Counted from the stretch's first letter, positions 19,818 to 29,485 are shown. The stretch is DNA of 54,337 bases from Gemmatimonadota bacterium (GCA_046758745.1 JBHIAV010000015.1:1-54337), one strand, 5' to 3'. The notes: generated by a model from the sequence alone, not told the origin. A program made the numbers and translations.

Positions 19818-20300
19818 ATGTCGGGAGACGAGCGGGACCCTACAGCTCAATCGCCGTCCGCCGCGGGCGAGAGGCCGCAAGGCTGCAAGGTGCGGGTCCT
19901 CATCGAGAAGATCCGCATCCTCGATCACAAGGAGCCATGGTGGAAGGGTCGGGGTGAGATCGTCTTCGACGTGCGCGTCTACACGCCCAACTTCGGAGGG
20001 ATCGAGCGGCTTACCCGGTTACCGGAGAGTGGTTTCTATTCGGCTTCCAAGAAGCCTCGCCGAAGCGTGATCCGCCTCGAGAAAGAGGTGTTCAACGATT
20101 ATGTGGTGGACGAGCTGGCGATTCAGATGAGCGGTACCGAGCTCGACACCTTCGACCCGAACGACTACCTGGGCATGTACCAGCGGGCATTTGTCAGGGA
20201 GCCGAAGACCTGGTTCGGTTCATACGGCCCGGGGGACGAGCCCGTGGAGCCGGAATCCCTCGAGTGCTGGCAGGTGTGGTACCGGATCGAGCCGGCGTGA
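19818..20300 (+). CDS. hypothetical protein (160 aa, beta-rich)
   Basis: GGAGG SD; globular composition; no motif recognised. Confidence 0.75.
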   Translation: MSGDERDPTAQSPSAAGERPQGCKVRVLIEKIRILDHKEPWWKGRGEIVFDVRVYTPNFGGIERLTRLPESGFYSASKKPRRSVIRLEKEVFNDYVVDELAIQMSGTELDTFDPNDYLGMYQRAFVREPKTWFGSYGPGDEPVEPESLECWQVWYRIEPA

Positions 20301-20536
20301 GGTCGCTCCCCCCGCAGCCGCGTGGTCGGCCGGTGGACGACCACCCTCTCCGCGCCGCGCCCGGCAGCCGCACGCCGTCCTCGGCCCTGGCGTCTCCGGG
20401 ATGAGCGAGGAGGGCAGCGACACCACTGTCCCAAACGACGAGCCGGCGGTGGACGGCCGACCGAACCGGAGCCCGTAGCCGGGAGGAGGCCGCGGGTTTC
20501 AGGCCACCGCCGCCGGCCCAGACCCGCCGGAAACGA

Positions 20537-20565
20537 TTCAAACCTCCCGGTCGCCGGTGGCATCC
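20537..20565 (+). promoter_or_regulatory. putative autoregulatory ECF promoter
   Basis: TTCAAACC-N14-GGCATCC, repeated with identical boxes and spacing at 22976-23004. Confidence 0.7.
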
Positions 20566-20671
20566 CATGGCGGACGGCCGACAAGCCCGGCCGCACCCCC
20601 GGCGACGCGCCGCCCGGCGCCTTCCATCGACCCATCACGGGAGCCGACGCGCCATCGGAGCTCGACATCCA

Positions 20672-21211
20672 TTGACGCAGCAGCTGCGGCCGGACGTAGA
20701 CGAATTGGTCCTCCGCTCCCGCAACGGGGACCGCGGAGCTTTCGAGCAGCTGTACCGGGCGCACGTCGGCAGGGTGTACGCCCTCTGCCTGCGCCTCTCG
20801 GCCGATGCGCTACAGGCGGAGGAGCTCACACAGGACGTATTCGTTCGGGCGTGGGAGAGGCTGGAGACCTTCCGCGGCGAGAGCGCCTTCGGCTCCTGGC
20901 TGCATCGCCTGGCCGTGAACGCCTTCCTCGGCTCCGCACGTTCGGAGCGGCGAAGGTGGCGACGAGAGGCCACGGCGGCGCCCCTCTCCCTGGTCGGGAC
21001 GGCGCGCTGGGGCGGCCCGGAAGCAATCGGCATCGATCTGGAGCGCGCGATCGCCTCGCTCCCCGCCGGTGCGCGGGCCGTGTTCATCCTGCATGACGTA
21101 GAAGGGTATCGACACCGGGAGATCGCCGAGATCCTCGGGATCGCGGCCGGAACCTGCAAGGCGCAGCTGCACCGCGCTCGGAGACTGCTGAGGGAGTCAC
21201 TGCATCCATGA
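20672..21211 (+). CDS. ECF RNA polymerase sigma factor
   Basis: AEELTQDVFVRAW, FGSWLHRLAVN; region 4 HDVEGYRHREIAEILGIAAGTCKAQLHRAR; start approximate. Confidence 0.93.
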   Translation: MTQQLRPDVDELVLRSRNGDRGAFEQLYRAHVGRVYALCLRLSADALQAEELTQDVFVRAWERLETFRGESAFGSWLHRLAVNAFLGSARSERRRWRREATAAPLSLVGTARWGGPEAIGIDLERAIASLPAGARAVFILHDVEGYRHREIAEILGIAAGTCKAQLHRARRLLRESLHP

Positions 21212-21966
21212 CGCACGAGCAGGCCCTGGAGAGACTCGACGACTACGTGGATGGAAGCCTCGCGCAGGAGCTGCGCGGGGAGGTGGAGGCGCATCTGAAG
21301 GAGTGCGTCGCCTGCCGCCGGGAGACCGAGCGGCTCGAGGCTCTGCTGGCGGACGCCCGGGCGCTTCCGCCCAGCATCGAGCCCTCCCGGGACCTGTGGC
21401 CAAGCATCGAGGATCGCCTCGACGTCCCCGGCGTGACGGTCGCCCTCCGTGGCCACGATGGCGCGGAGACAGCCGAGGCGCTCGACGCCGAGCGGGGCGA
21501 GGCGCCCGGCCGGGGGCTCCCGCAGCCGCCGATGCGAGAGCGCACTCTGTGGTCGGTCCGCTACCGCCTGGCCGCCGCGGCCGGCCTCCTCATCGTCCTC
21601 TCCTCCGGCATCACGAGCCTCGTCCTCTCCCGCCGCACCCCGGCGCTCCCACCCGAGGGGGGCGGGGCTTTGAGCGCGATCCCCGCCTCGGCCGTCGTCG
21701 AGCGGTGGCCGGCGCTCGAGTCGGGCTACCTCCTCGCCACCTCGGAGCTGCGCGCGGCCCTCGAGACCGTGAAGGGCCGGCTGGCTCCCGAGACGGTGGG
21801 AATCGTCGAGAAGAATCTCGGCATCATCGACGGCGCGATCGTAGAGGCGCGCGAGGCGCTGGCGGCGGATCCCGGAAACCCGGAGATGATCAGGATGCTG
21901 GCCGCCATGTACGAGAAGAAGATCGATGTGCTGCGGCAGGTCACAGGCTTCCAGGCGGGGATCTGA
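21208..21966 (+). CDS. zinc-binding (zf-HC2) membrane anti-sigma factor
   Basis: HLKECVAC (HxxxCxxC); one TM; ATGA overlap with the sigma gene. Confidence 0.9.
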   Translation: MTHEQALERLDDYVDGSLAQELRGEVEAHLKECVACRRETERLEALLADARALPPSIEPSRDLWPSIEDRLDVPGVTVALRGHDGAETAEALDAERGEAPGRGLPQPPMRERTLWSVRYRLAAAAGLLIVLSSGITSLVLSRRTPALPPEGGGALSAIPASAVVERWPALESGYLLATSELRAALETVKGRLAPETVGIVEKNLGIIDGAIVEAREALAADPGNPEMIRMLAAMYEKKIDVLRQVTGFQAGI

Positions 21967-22030
21967 GCGCGCGAGGCTCGCCGTCCCCGGGAGGCGTGCG
22001 GTTCGCGAGCGACGAGAGGCGATCGGCAGC

Positions 22031-22894
22031 TTGAGAGCGGTCTTGGTCGTCGCGGCGCTCTCCCTGCTCCGCACCGCTCCCGGGCTCGCCCAGGCCCCGA
22101 TCCACGATGGGCGAGCGGCCGCGCCGGACGGGACGGTCAAGATCACCAATGCGGCCGGGTCGGTGCGGGTGGTCGGGTGGAGCCGGGACTCGGTCGCGGT
22201 GAGCGGCCGTCTGGGTGCCGGCGCGGAGCGACTCGTCTTCTCGGTCGACCGCTCGGAAACCCGGATCCGCGTGGTTCTTCCGCACGACCCGGAGGGCGGC
22301 CTCGGCGGCTCCGACCTTGTGGTGAAGGTCCCCCGGGGCAGCCAGGTGGCCGTGCGAACGGAGTCGGCCGGAATCGAGAGCTCGGACATGGCGGGCGGGC
22401 TCGACCTCGAAACGGTGAGCGGCGACATCCGCGTCCGTAGCCAGCGCGCCGCCCGGTTCATCTACGCCCAGACCGTGGCGGGCGACGTCGACGTCGACGC
22501 GGCCACCAAGGTGATCCGCGCCAAGTCGGTGGACGGCTCCGTCACGGTCCGCAAGGCGCACGGCTACGTCGAACTCTCCACCGTCAGCGGTGCCGTGACC
22601 CTGGCCGGCGTACGGGTTTGGGAAGGGCAGATGACCACGGTGACCGGGGATATCCGGTTCGCCGGCGATTTCGACCCGGGGGGGGCTTTCTATTTCGAGA
22701 GCCACGCGGGAGACATCGAGCTCTTCCTCCCGCCGGAGATGCCGATCGACCTCGACATCACGAGCTTCGGCGAGCGCGTGACGAACGAGCTCGCGCCCGG
22801 GGAGACGAGTTTCACCACGGAGAGCCCGGGGGCGAGGGTGCGGGTCAAGTCGTTCAAGGGCCGGGTGCGCATACGCAAAGGAGCTTCAGGGTAA
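22031..22894 (+). CDS. DUF4097 beta-strand-repeat secreted protein
   Basis: Signal peptide ending GLA-Q; repeated TVSGDI/TVAGDV/SVDGSV/TVSGAV units; typical position after sigma/anti-sigma. Confidence 0.85.
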   Translation: MRAVLVVAALSLLRTAPGLAQAPIHDGRAAAPDGTVKITNAAGSVRVVGWSRDSVAVSGRLGAGAERLVFSVDRSETRIRVVLPHDPEGGLGGSDLVVKVPRGSQVAVRTESAGIESSDMAGGLDLETVSGDIRVRSQRAARFIYAQTVAGDVDVDAATKVIRAKSVDGSVTVRKAHGYVELSTVSGAVTLAGVRVWEGQMTTVTGDIRFAGDFDPGGAFYFESHAGDIELFLPPEMPIDLDITSFGERVTNELAPGETSFTTESPGARVRVKSFKGRVRIRKGASG

Positions 22895-22975
22895 CGGCCC
22901 CACGCCCCCTCCCCGCGTGGCCCGGCTCCCGATGCCGTCGGCGCGGCTGCCGCTACGGCGGGCGTCTCGCCGCAT

Positions 22976-23004
22976 TTCAAACCCTGCCGCCGGCTACGGC
23001 ATCC
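22976..23004 (+). promoter_or_regulatory. second copy of the putative ECF promoter
   Basis: TTCAAACC-N14-GGCATCC about 50 nt upstream of the ATG at 23057. Confidence 0.7.
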
Positions 23005-23056
23005 TACCGACGTCCCTAAGTCCGAACCCAAGGAGCATTCCTGACCGGAGGCTGAC

Positions 23057-23620
23057 ATGCACACCGTCCCGCACGGGCCGCGTCTCTCGTTGGTCGTCCT
23101 CGCGCCCCTTCTCCTCGTCGCCGGTCTCGCCGCCGTGCGGGGAAACGATCCCCAGCCGGTGGGGAGCGAGGCGACGCCCCTCGGACCGCCATGGATCTCG
23201 ATGGAGATCCCGGCCAACCCGCTGGACCCGACGACGCGCGGGGCGGCTTTCCTCGTGCACGCGTACCACCATGCGAGGTCCGCCGGCCTCCCCCTCGCGG
23301 GCACCGCGGAGGGGATCGTCGATGGCGAGCGGCGCTCGGTCGAGCTGGATTTCACCGAGACATCGAGGCCCGGCGTGTATGCCGTGAAGGCCGTGTGGCC
23401 CGAGGTGGGGAGCTGGGTGCTGAAGATAAGGGTCGAGGGCCGCGCGGACGCGACGCTGCTCGTCGAGCTCGGGCCGAACGGCGGGCTGCGCGACGACCGC
23501 TACCACGGCCACCAGACAAACGCCGTTACGCTCAGTTCCGTGCGCGTGGTCCCGGGAGACGTGAGCGAGGGCCAGATCGACTCGCGCCTCAAGGCGCTCG
23601 CCGCCCGCACGAGCGACTAG
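23057..23620 (+). CDS. secreted hypothetical protein
   Basis: GGAGG SD; signal peptide; GPPWISMEIPANP and AFLVHAYHH segments. Confidence 0.8.
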   Translation: MHTVPHGPRLSLVVLAPLLLVAGLAAVRGNDPQPVGSEATPLGPPWISMEIPANPLDPTTRGAAFLVHAYHHARSAGLPLAGTAEGIVDGERRSVELDFTETSRPGVYAVKAVWPEVGSWVLKIRVEGRADATLLVELGPNGGLRDDRYHGHQTNAVTLSSVRVVPGDVSEGQIDSRLKALAARTSD

Positions 23621-23713
23621 GCGCTCCGGGACGGAAGTTCCGATTACGCATCCGGGCCTCACGCGGGGTGGGCTGGAGGCGATTCGGTCTCGAACCGGCC
23701 GCCGAGCCTCCGA

Positions 23714-24442
23714 CTACCTCCACACCACCTGCATCGCGAAGAAGTGATCGAAGGTTTTTCGAGTGGGGTTGTTCCGTGGGTCCTCTTCGGGGCTTCGGAT
23801 GTAGAAGTCGAGCTGCATGGCGGCCGGATTGACTGCACCCGCAGCAGACTTCTTGTCTAGCAGCGGGTATTTCACTTCGAGTGTCTCCCGGTCGCGCATA
23901 CCCTGCGTAACCATGAAGTGCATCTGGTAGTCCGTGTAGAGCGGCTGTCCGTTGAGCGTGGCGTGCCCGTAGCCCCACCCCGCGAGGTAGATGAAGGTCT
24001 TCGGCCAGTTCGCATCTCCGCATCCCGAATCCCCGTGCTCGTATATGTAGGCCGCTACGCCGCCGTCCTGGCACGGGCTGAACTCGTGGAATCGGTCTAT
24101 CTCCAGTGCCAGATCGCCTTCGGGAACCTTCAGCCTGGCGGCAAAGCGGCCGGTGTTGCGTATCTCATCTACATCGATGTCGACGCTGCCATCGACCGGG
24201 TGGACGTTGAGGGCCTCATTGTCCATGTGATCCCAGCCGGGAGGGTCGTCCAGCCGTCCCACCTGGTAGATGCGGCCTGCAGAGAGGACGAAGCGGCCGT
24301 CGTACAGGTCATGCTGTTCCGGCGCGTAGAGAGTGATCTCCGCACCCGGCTGTCTGCGTGGAGTTGCCTCCTGAGCCCGGGCTGTGCTCCAGGCCGGCAC
24401 AGGCAACAGGAGCGGCAGGAGAGCCATCGCGATTCGTTTCAT
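23714..24442 (-). CDS. secreted hypothetical protein (242 aa)
   Basis: Signal peptide MKRIAMALL...ARA-Q; rich in His, Asp and aromatics; two Cys. Confidence 0.8.
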   Translation of the reverse strand: MKRIAMALLPLLLPVPAWSTARAQEATPRRQPGAEITLYAPEQHDLYDGRFVLSAGRIYQVGRLDDPPGWDHMDNEALNVHPVDGSVDIDVDEIRNTGRFAARLKVPEGDLALEIDRFHEFSPCQDGGVAAYIYEHGDSGCGDANWPKTFIYLAGWGYGHATLNGQPLYTDYQMHFMVTQGMRDRETLEVKYPLLDKKSAAGAVNPAAMQLDFYIRSPEEDPRNNPTRKTFDHFFAMQVVWR

Positions 24443-24476
24443 GGTGAGACCGCCTGCATCGTTTTTCTCGTTCAGG

Positions 24477-25307
24477 CTACCCGTCCGTCATCGAGTAGGA
24501 GACCTCGATTGACGTCGTCCGACCCGCCTCGATCCGTACCGCGGTTCGCTTCGGGCCCAACTTCTCGTGCCACAGCTCTACCGTATACTCGCCCTCGGGA
24601 ATGTTCAGAATCCGAAAGGCTCCCTCCGGATCTGTAACTGCGTGAAAGGGGTGGGCGTCCACGCGAATGTATGCCTGCATCCATCCGTGCACGTCGCACT
24701 TGACCGCGATCATCCCGGGGATCTCGGTCTTCCTGCGGATCCTCATCCCCTGAACCGGGAGGGAGATGTTGCCGCGCAAGGCGCCGTAGTAATGAACCGT
24801 GTGCAGGAGCGGATCGCTGTTCGCCGTCACGATCGCGGAGCCAGTGGAGACGACGCCCACGTGGGGCTCGAAACGGCAGTTTCGGTTATCCAGGACCAAC
24901 TCTCCGGGCGGTGCTGCCGGCGTGCTGCCCGCCGGCACGTCCGCCAACGCCACGATCACGTTGCGGATTCCGAGCGTACGAGACGAGACCAGCAGGTCCT
25001 CCAGGCTGTGAGACTCACCGCAGACGTCAGGGTCGGTCGTGTTGGTGACTCGCGTCGGCCCGGGAGCGGCGTGCGCCGCGAGCCGCACGACTCCTTTGAG
25101 AGTGCCCGATCCAATCGAGGACGGCCGAACCGCTTCCGGAAGGCGGGGCTGGCGATGGCGCCTGTCTGCGGACGGCCCGGCCACCAAGAGGCCCACGAGG
25201 AAAGCGACTGCCGGTGCTCTCGCGGAAAGGTACACTGCGGACCCGATCCCTCCTGAGGGCCGCAAACGTTGCACCACCCGGGGGGTGGCAACAGCCCAGT
25301 AGAACAT
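24477..25307 (-). CDS. secreted protein with cupredoxin-like and carboxypeptidase-regulatory-like domains
   Basis: CRFEPHV, NSDPLLHTVH, KCDVHGWM, GAFRILNIPEGEYTVELWHE; start uncertain. Confidence 0.8.
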   Translation of the reverse strand: MFYWAVATPRVVQRLRPSGGIGSAVYLSARAPAVAFLVGLLVAGPSADRRHRQPRLPEAVRPSSIGSGTLKGVVRLAAHAAPGPTRVTNTTDPDVCGESHSLEDLLVSSRTLGIRNVIVALADVPAGSTPAAPPGELVLDNRNCRFEPHVGVVSTGSAIVTANSDPLLHTVHYYGALRGNISLPVQGMRIRRKTEIPGMIAVKCDVHGWMQAYIRVDAHPFHAVTDPEGAFRILNIPEGEYTVELWHEKLGPKRTAVRIEAGRTTSIEVSYSMTDG

Positions 25308-25319
25308 GGTAGAGGAAGC

Positions 25320-26267
25320 TCAGCTCTCCCGCGCCCCCTCCCACCGGTAGCCCGCCGCCACGCTCCCCACCACGAGACCGAGGCCGAGCCATCCCCAGGC
25401 GGTGAGCCGCTGGGCGAACAGAAGGAGGGCCAGCAGCGCCGCCGCGACCGGCTCGATCGTGGCCGCGACCGCGGTCGGCGCGGCCTCAATGCGCCGAAGC
25501 GCCGCGAAGAAGAGGAAGTTGGCGGCGAGAACCGTCAACACGGCAAGCGCTCCGATGTAGGCCCACCCTTCCGCCGTCGGAGGCGGAGCCGGCGCGTGTC
25601 CGGAGAGGGGGAGGAGGGCGGCCAGTATGAGGGTGCCGCCGGCCGCCTCGAAGAAGAGCATGCGGACGGAACCGTATCGCGGGACCACGTAGCGGGCGAG
25701 GACCGTGGTGCCCGCGTACGCTCCGGCGGTGAGCAGCCCGCCGACGACACCCGCCCCGAGGCCCGGTAGCGCAAGGCCCTCCGCAGCTCCCGATCCCCCG
25801 CGTACGGTGAGGGCCGCGCCCGCCATCACTCCCATCGCGAGGAGCAGGCGGAGCGGGGTGAGCGATTCGCGGAGCGCGATGCGCCCCAGGAAGGCGACCA
25901 TCACGGGCGCCGTGTACAGGAGCGCCGCCGCGCCCGCCACGCCGACGCCCGCTATGGCGAACTGGTAGGCCACCTCGAAGAGCGCAACGAGCGCCCCGCC
26001 GACCAGCCCCATGAGGAGAAGGCCTCGCCGGTCGACCCGGAAAAGCTCCCGGTGGAAGGCTCCGTACGCCAGGAGTCCCACGGTCCCGAGCAGGATCCGC
26101 CAGAAGCCGATCCCCGTGAGCTCGGCGCCCTCGGCGTAGAGTGCCGTGCTGAGCGGGCCCGTCGTCCCCCACGTCACGCCGGCCCCGAGCGCGAACGCGT
26201 AGCCGACGACCCCCTTGCGGGCGGACGGCCGGGACGGCGGGACCGCGACGTCGACCGGGTCGGACAT
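25320..26267 (-). CDS. EamA/DMT family transporter
   Basis: About 10 TM in two repeats; WGTTG, LLYTAPV, ATIEPV. Confidence 0.9.
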   Translation of the reverse strand: MSDPVDVAVPPSRPSARKGVVGYAFALGAGVTWGTTGPLSTALYAEGAELTGIGFWRILLGTVGLLAYGAFHRELFRVDRRGLLLMGLVGGALVALFEVAYQFAIAGVGVAGAAALLYTAPVMVAFLGRIALRESLTPLRLLLAMGVMAGAALTVRGGSGAAEGLALPGLGAGVVGGLLTAGAYAGTTVLARYVVPRYGSVRMLFFEAAGGTLILAALLPLSGHAPAPPPTAEGWAYIGALAVLTVLAANFLFFAALRRIEAAPTAVAATIEPVAAALLALLLFAQRLTAWGWLGLGLVVGSVAAGYRWEGARES

Positions 26268-26492
26268 GAGGCGGGAAGATGCGCCGCGCCCCGCCGGCCA
26301 GCCAGCGAACGTCCCCCCCACGGACGGTGGCGGAGGGCGCGTGTGTGGGCCGCGCGGATCGGATCGGCCGGGGCCGGGGCGGGCCCGACGGCTCGGGCCG
26401 GCTGTGCAACTCTCCGGCCTTCAGGCGTCCTCAGTTCTCGAGAGCGGGGCGATCGGACCCCGCCGTGACTCAAGAAAACGAGGCAAACGACT

Positions 26493-27938
26493 ATGTTTCC
26501 AAGAACACCGATCGCCGCGGGCAGCCTCGCGCTGGCCGCCCTCTGCGTACAGCCGGCACCGGCCGGCCTCGCGGGGCAGGAGGCTCCTACCTACCGCTCT
26601 GCGGCGGCGCAGCGGGATGCGGTGACGATCACCGTCTACAACCAGAACTTCGGGCTGGTGCGGGAGATCCGGACGCTCGACCTCGGGCGGGGGCGCGTCG
26701 CCCTCGAGTTCGGCGACGTGGCGTCCAGCATCCAGCCCGAGACCGTCCATATCCGCTCGCTCGGCCGGGGCTCCCCCCTCCGCGTGCTCGAGCAGAACTA
26801 CCAGTACGATCTGCTCAGCCCGCAGAAGCTCCTCGAGAAGTACGTCGGGCGCACGGTCACCGTGTACCGGTGGAACAACGTCACCGGGCGGGAGGAGGCA
26901 CAGGAGGCCGAGGTTCTCTCGGTGAACCAGGGGACGGTGCTGCGCATCGGGGACGAGATCACCTTCAACTATCCGGGTCGCATGGGCTTTCCGGAGGTGC
27001 CGGAGAACCTCATCGCGGAGCCGACCCTGGTGTGGCTGCTCGACAGCTCCTCAGCCCGACAGAAGGTCGAGGTCTCCTACCTCGCCAACAGCCTGAACTG
27101 GAAGGCGGACTACGTGATGGTGGTGAACGAGGACGACACGGCTGGCGACCTCACCGGGTGGGTCACCCTCACCAACCAGAGCGGGGCTGTATACGAGAAC
27201 GCGACGCTCAAGCTGGTGGCCGGGGACGTGCAGCGCCTGGGAGACGATCGCAACTTCCGCCGCATGGATCGGCTCGTCGCCGCCGAGGCGGCTGCCAAGT
27301 CCCAGTTCACGGAGGAGGGCTTCTTCGAGTACCACCTCTACACCCTCGAGCGACCCACCACCCTCCTCAACAACGAGCAGAAGCAGGTCACGCTGCTCGA
27401 GGCCCGGGGCTTCACCGTCGACAAGCGCCTTATCTACTACGGGGCCGCACAGTACTACCGGGGCTCGTACGGCGAGGTGGTGTCGAACCAGAAGGTAGGG
27501 GTCTATCTGGACTTCCAGAACAGCGAGAAGAACCGGCTGGGCATGCCCCTTCCCGCGGGCGTGGTGCGCGTCTACAAGTCGGACCGTACCGGCGCGCAGC
27601 AGTTCATCGGGGAGGACCGGATCGACCACACGCCGCGAGACGAGCGGGTGCGCATCAAGATGGGCGAGGCGTTCGACGTGGTCGGCGATCGGCGGCAGAT
27701 GGACTTCGACGTCATCAGCGGCTGCGTCTCCGAGAGCACGTGGGAGATCCAGCTCCGGAACCACAAGGACGAGGAGGTCCGGATCGAGGTGGTCGAGCCG
27801 GTCGGCGGTGACTGGGAGATCCTCAGCTCCAGCCACCGGGCGACCAAGGTGGATGCCCACACCTTCAAGTTCGAGGTGGACGTGCCGGCGCGCGGCTCCC
27901 GGAAGATCGTGTATCGGGTGCGCGTGCGGTGGTGCTGA
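26493..27938 (+). CDS. DUF4139 domain secreted protein
   Basis: TVYNQNFGLVRE, EQNYQYDL, WKADY, LTNQSG, LVAGDV, GMPLPAGVVRVY. Confidence 0.85.
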   Translation: MFPRTPIAAGSLALAALCVQPAPAGLAGQEAPTYRSAAAQRDAVTITVYNQNFGLVREIRTLDLGRGRVALEFGDVASSIQPETVHIRSLGRGSPLRVLEQNYQYDLLSPQKLLEKYVGRTVTVYRWNNVTGREEAQEAEVLSVNQGTVLRIGDEITFNYPGRMGFPEVPENLIAEPTLVWLLDSSSARQKVEVSYLANSLNWKADYVMVVNEDDTAGDLTGWVTLTNQSGAVYENATLKLVAGDVQRLGDDRNFRRMDRLVAAEAAAKSQFTEEGFFEYHLYTLERPTTLLNNEQKQVTLLEARGFTVDKRLIYYGAAQYYRGSYGEVVSNQKVGVYLDFQNSEKNRLGMPLPAGVVRVYKSDRTGAQQFIGEDRIDHTPRDERVRIKMGEAFDVVGDRRQMDFDVISGCVSESTWEIQLRNHKDEEVRIEVVEPVGGDWEILSSSHRATKVDAHTFKFEVDVPARGSRKIVYRVRVRWC

Positions 27939-28106
27939 GCGCCGGTAGTGAGCCGCTCCGGTCCGGCGGGTTCCGCCGGGCCGAGCGGCGCACCGGCTTC
28001 AGGCGGTGAGCCGTTTGCTGCTCAACCGGACCCGAGCGCCGCCACGGGGTCCGCCCGGCCGGCCCGCGCACTGCGCCGCCGGTGCCGTGGCGCTCCGACC
28101 TCTGAG

Positions 28107-29051
28107 CTACTTGGCCCCCTCCTCCTTCCCGTAAAGCCGCGGTCCCAGCGTCTCCTCCACGAAGATCTCGAGCTCACGCCACATCTCGGGGTGACTCCAC
28201 AGGTCGTTGTGGCCTGCGCCGGGGATCTCCCGCCACCGCTTCGGCTCCGGCGCCGCCTCGAAGAGCGCGCGCGTCTCCTCCCGCGGGATGAGCTCATCGG
28301 CGCCGCCTCGGCCCACCAGGACCGGCATCCGGGCCCCGGCGATCCGGCTCTCCGCGTCGAACCGGTTCCGCTTCCACCTCAGGAGCCGCCACGGGATCCA
28401 CGGATGGAGCCGCCTCGCCATCTGTGGGACGGAGCGAAAGGTCCCCGTGACCACCAGGCCGGCCGCCGGATACTCCGAAGCTGTCCACGCGGCCACGGCA
28501 CCCCCGAGCGAGTGGCCGATGAGGAGGATTCGCGCCGGATCGACGCCCCGCACGTCGCGGACATGCAGGTACGCCGCCGCAGCGTCGAGGTACAGGCCCT
28601 CCTCCCTCGGCCGGCCCTCGCTGAGCCCGTAGCCCCGATAGTCGAACAGGAGGACATCCAGCCCGAGCCGGGCCAGATCGGCCGCGATCGGCGCACGATA
28701 TCCGAGATGACCGGCGTTGCCGTGGAAGAAGATCGCCGCGCCGCGGCCAGCGGCTGCGTGCTCCGCCGTGCCATGCTCCGCCGCGCTATGCTCCGCCGCT
28801 CCATGCCCCGACGCCCGGACCCACCAGCCGTGCAGGACGAACCGGTCGGCAGTCTCGAGGCGTACCTCCTCAGCGCCCGACAGCCCCCAGCCAACAGGCT
28901 GGCGCGCCTCGGGGTCGAGCCGCTCCGGGAAGTAAAGGAGCGGGGGGACGAGCCGCCCGATGAGATCGGGGAAGACCACCGCCGCGCTCGCCAGCAGGAG
29001 AAGGGCGGCCCCGACGGCTAGGAGCCGCCGTCGCCGGCCAGGGCGATGCAC
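28107..29051 (-). CDS. alpha/beta hydrolase (BEM46/ABHD13-like)
   Basis: FFHGNAG, DYRGYG.SEG, GHSLGG nucleophile elbow, GAGHND; N-terminal TM; start approximate. Confidence 0.9.
   Translation of the reverse strand: MHRPGRRRRLLAVGAALLLLASAAVVFPDLIGRLVPPLLYFPERLDPEARQPVGWGLSGAEEVRLETADRFVLHGWWVRASGHGAAEHSAAEHGTAEHAAAGRGAAIFFHGNAGHLGYRAPIAADLARLGLDVLLFDYRGYGLSEGRPREEGLYLDAAAAYLHVRDVRGVDPARILLIGHSLGGAVAAWTASEYPAAGLVVTGTFRSVPQMARRLHPWIPWRLLRWKRNRFDAESRIAGARMPVLVGRGGADELIPREETRALFEAAPEPKRWREIPGAGHNDLWSHPEMWRELEIFVEETLGPRLYGKEEGAK
28757..28806. repeat. 15-bp in-frame tandem repeat (3 copies plus) inside the hydrolase
   Basis: TGCTCCGCCG at 28759, 28774 and 28789, encoding HGAAEHSAAEHGTAEH. Confidence 0.85.
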
Positions 29052-29485
29052 TCGATCTCGACCCGGGCACCGAGCGCGAGGCCGCTCCCCGCCACGGCGG
29101 AGCGGGCGGGCGGATCGGCCGGGAAGAACCCTCGGTACACCTCGTTCATGGCGGCCCAGTCTGCGATGTCGGCGAGGAAGACGGTGCACTTGACGACCCG
29201 CTCCAGGGAACTCCCGGCGTGCTCGAGGACAGCGCGGATGTTCTCCAGGGTCTGCCTCGTCTCCTCGGCTATTCCGCCCGGCACGAGCTTGACGGTGCCC
29301 GGACGAACCCCGATCTGGCCGGAGAGATAGATCATCTCGCCGACACGAACGGCGGACGAGAAGGGCAGTCCGGCCGGGGTGCCGGGCGCCTGAATGACCT
29401 CCTTCTGCTGCGCGAGCGCCCCGTGCGGTGCGGCGAGCAGGACCGCGGCGCACGGACCCGCGGCGAGCAGGATCCCTCGGCGCAT
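29018..29485 (-). CDS. RidA/YjgF/UK114 family protein with N-terminal signal peptide
   Basis: AGGAGGT SD; YLSGQIG, VVKCTVFL, MNEVY, PPARS, RVEIECIA. Confidence 0.92.
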   Translation of the reverse strand: MRRGILLAAGPCAAVLLAAPHGALAQQKEVIQAPGTPAGLPFSSAVRVGEMIYLSGQIGVRPGTVKLVPGGIAEETRQTLENIRAVLEHAGSSLERVVKCTVFLADIADWAAMNEVYRGFFPADPPARSAVAGSGLALGARVEIECIALAGDGGS

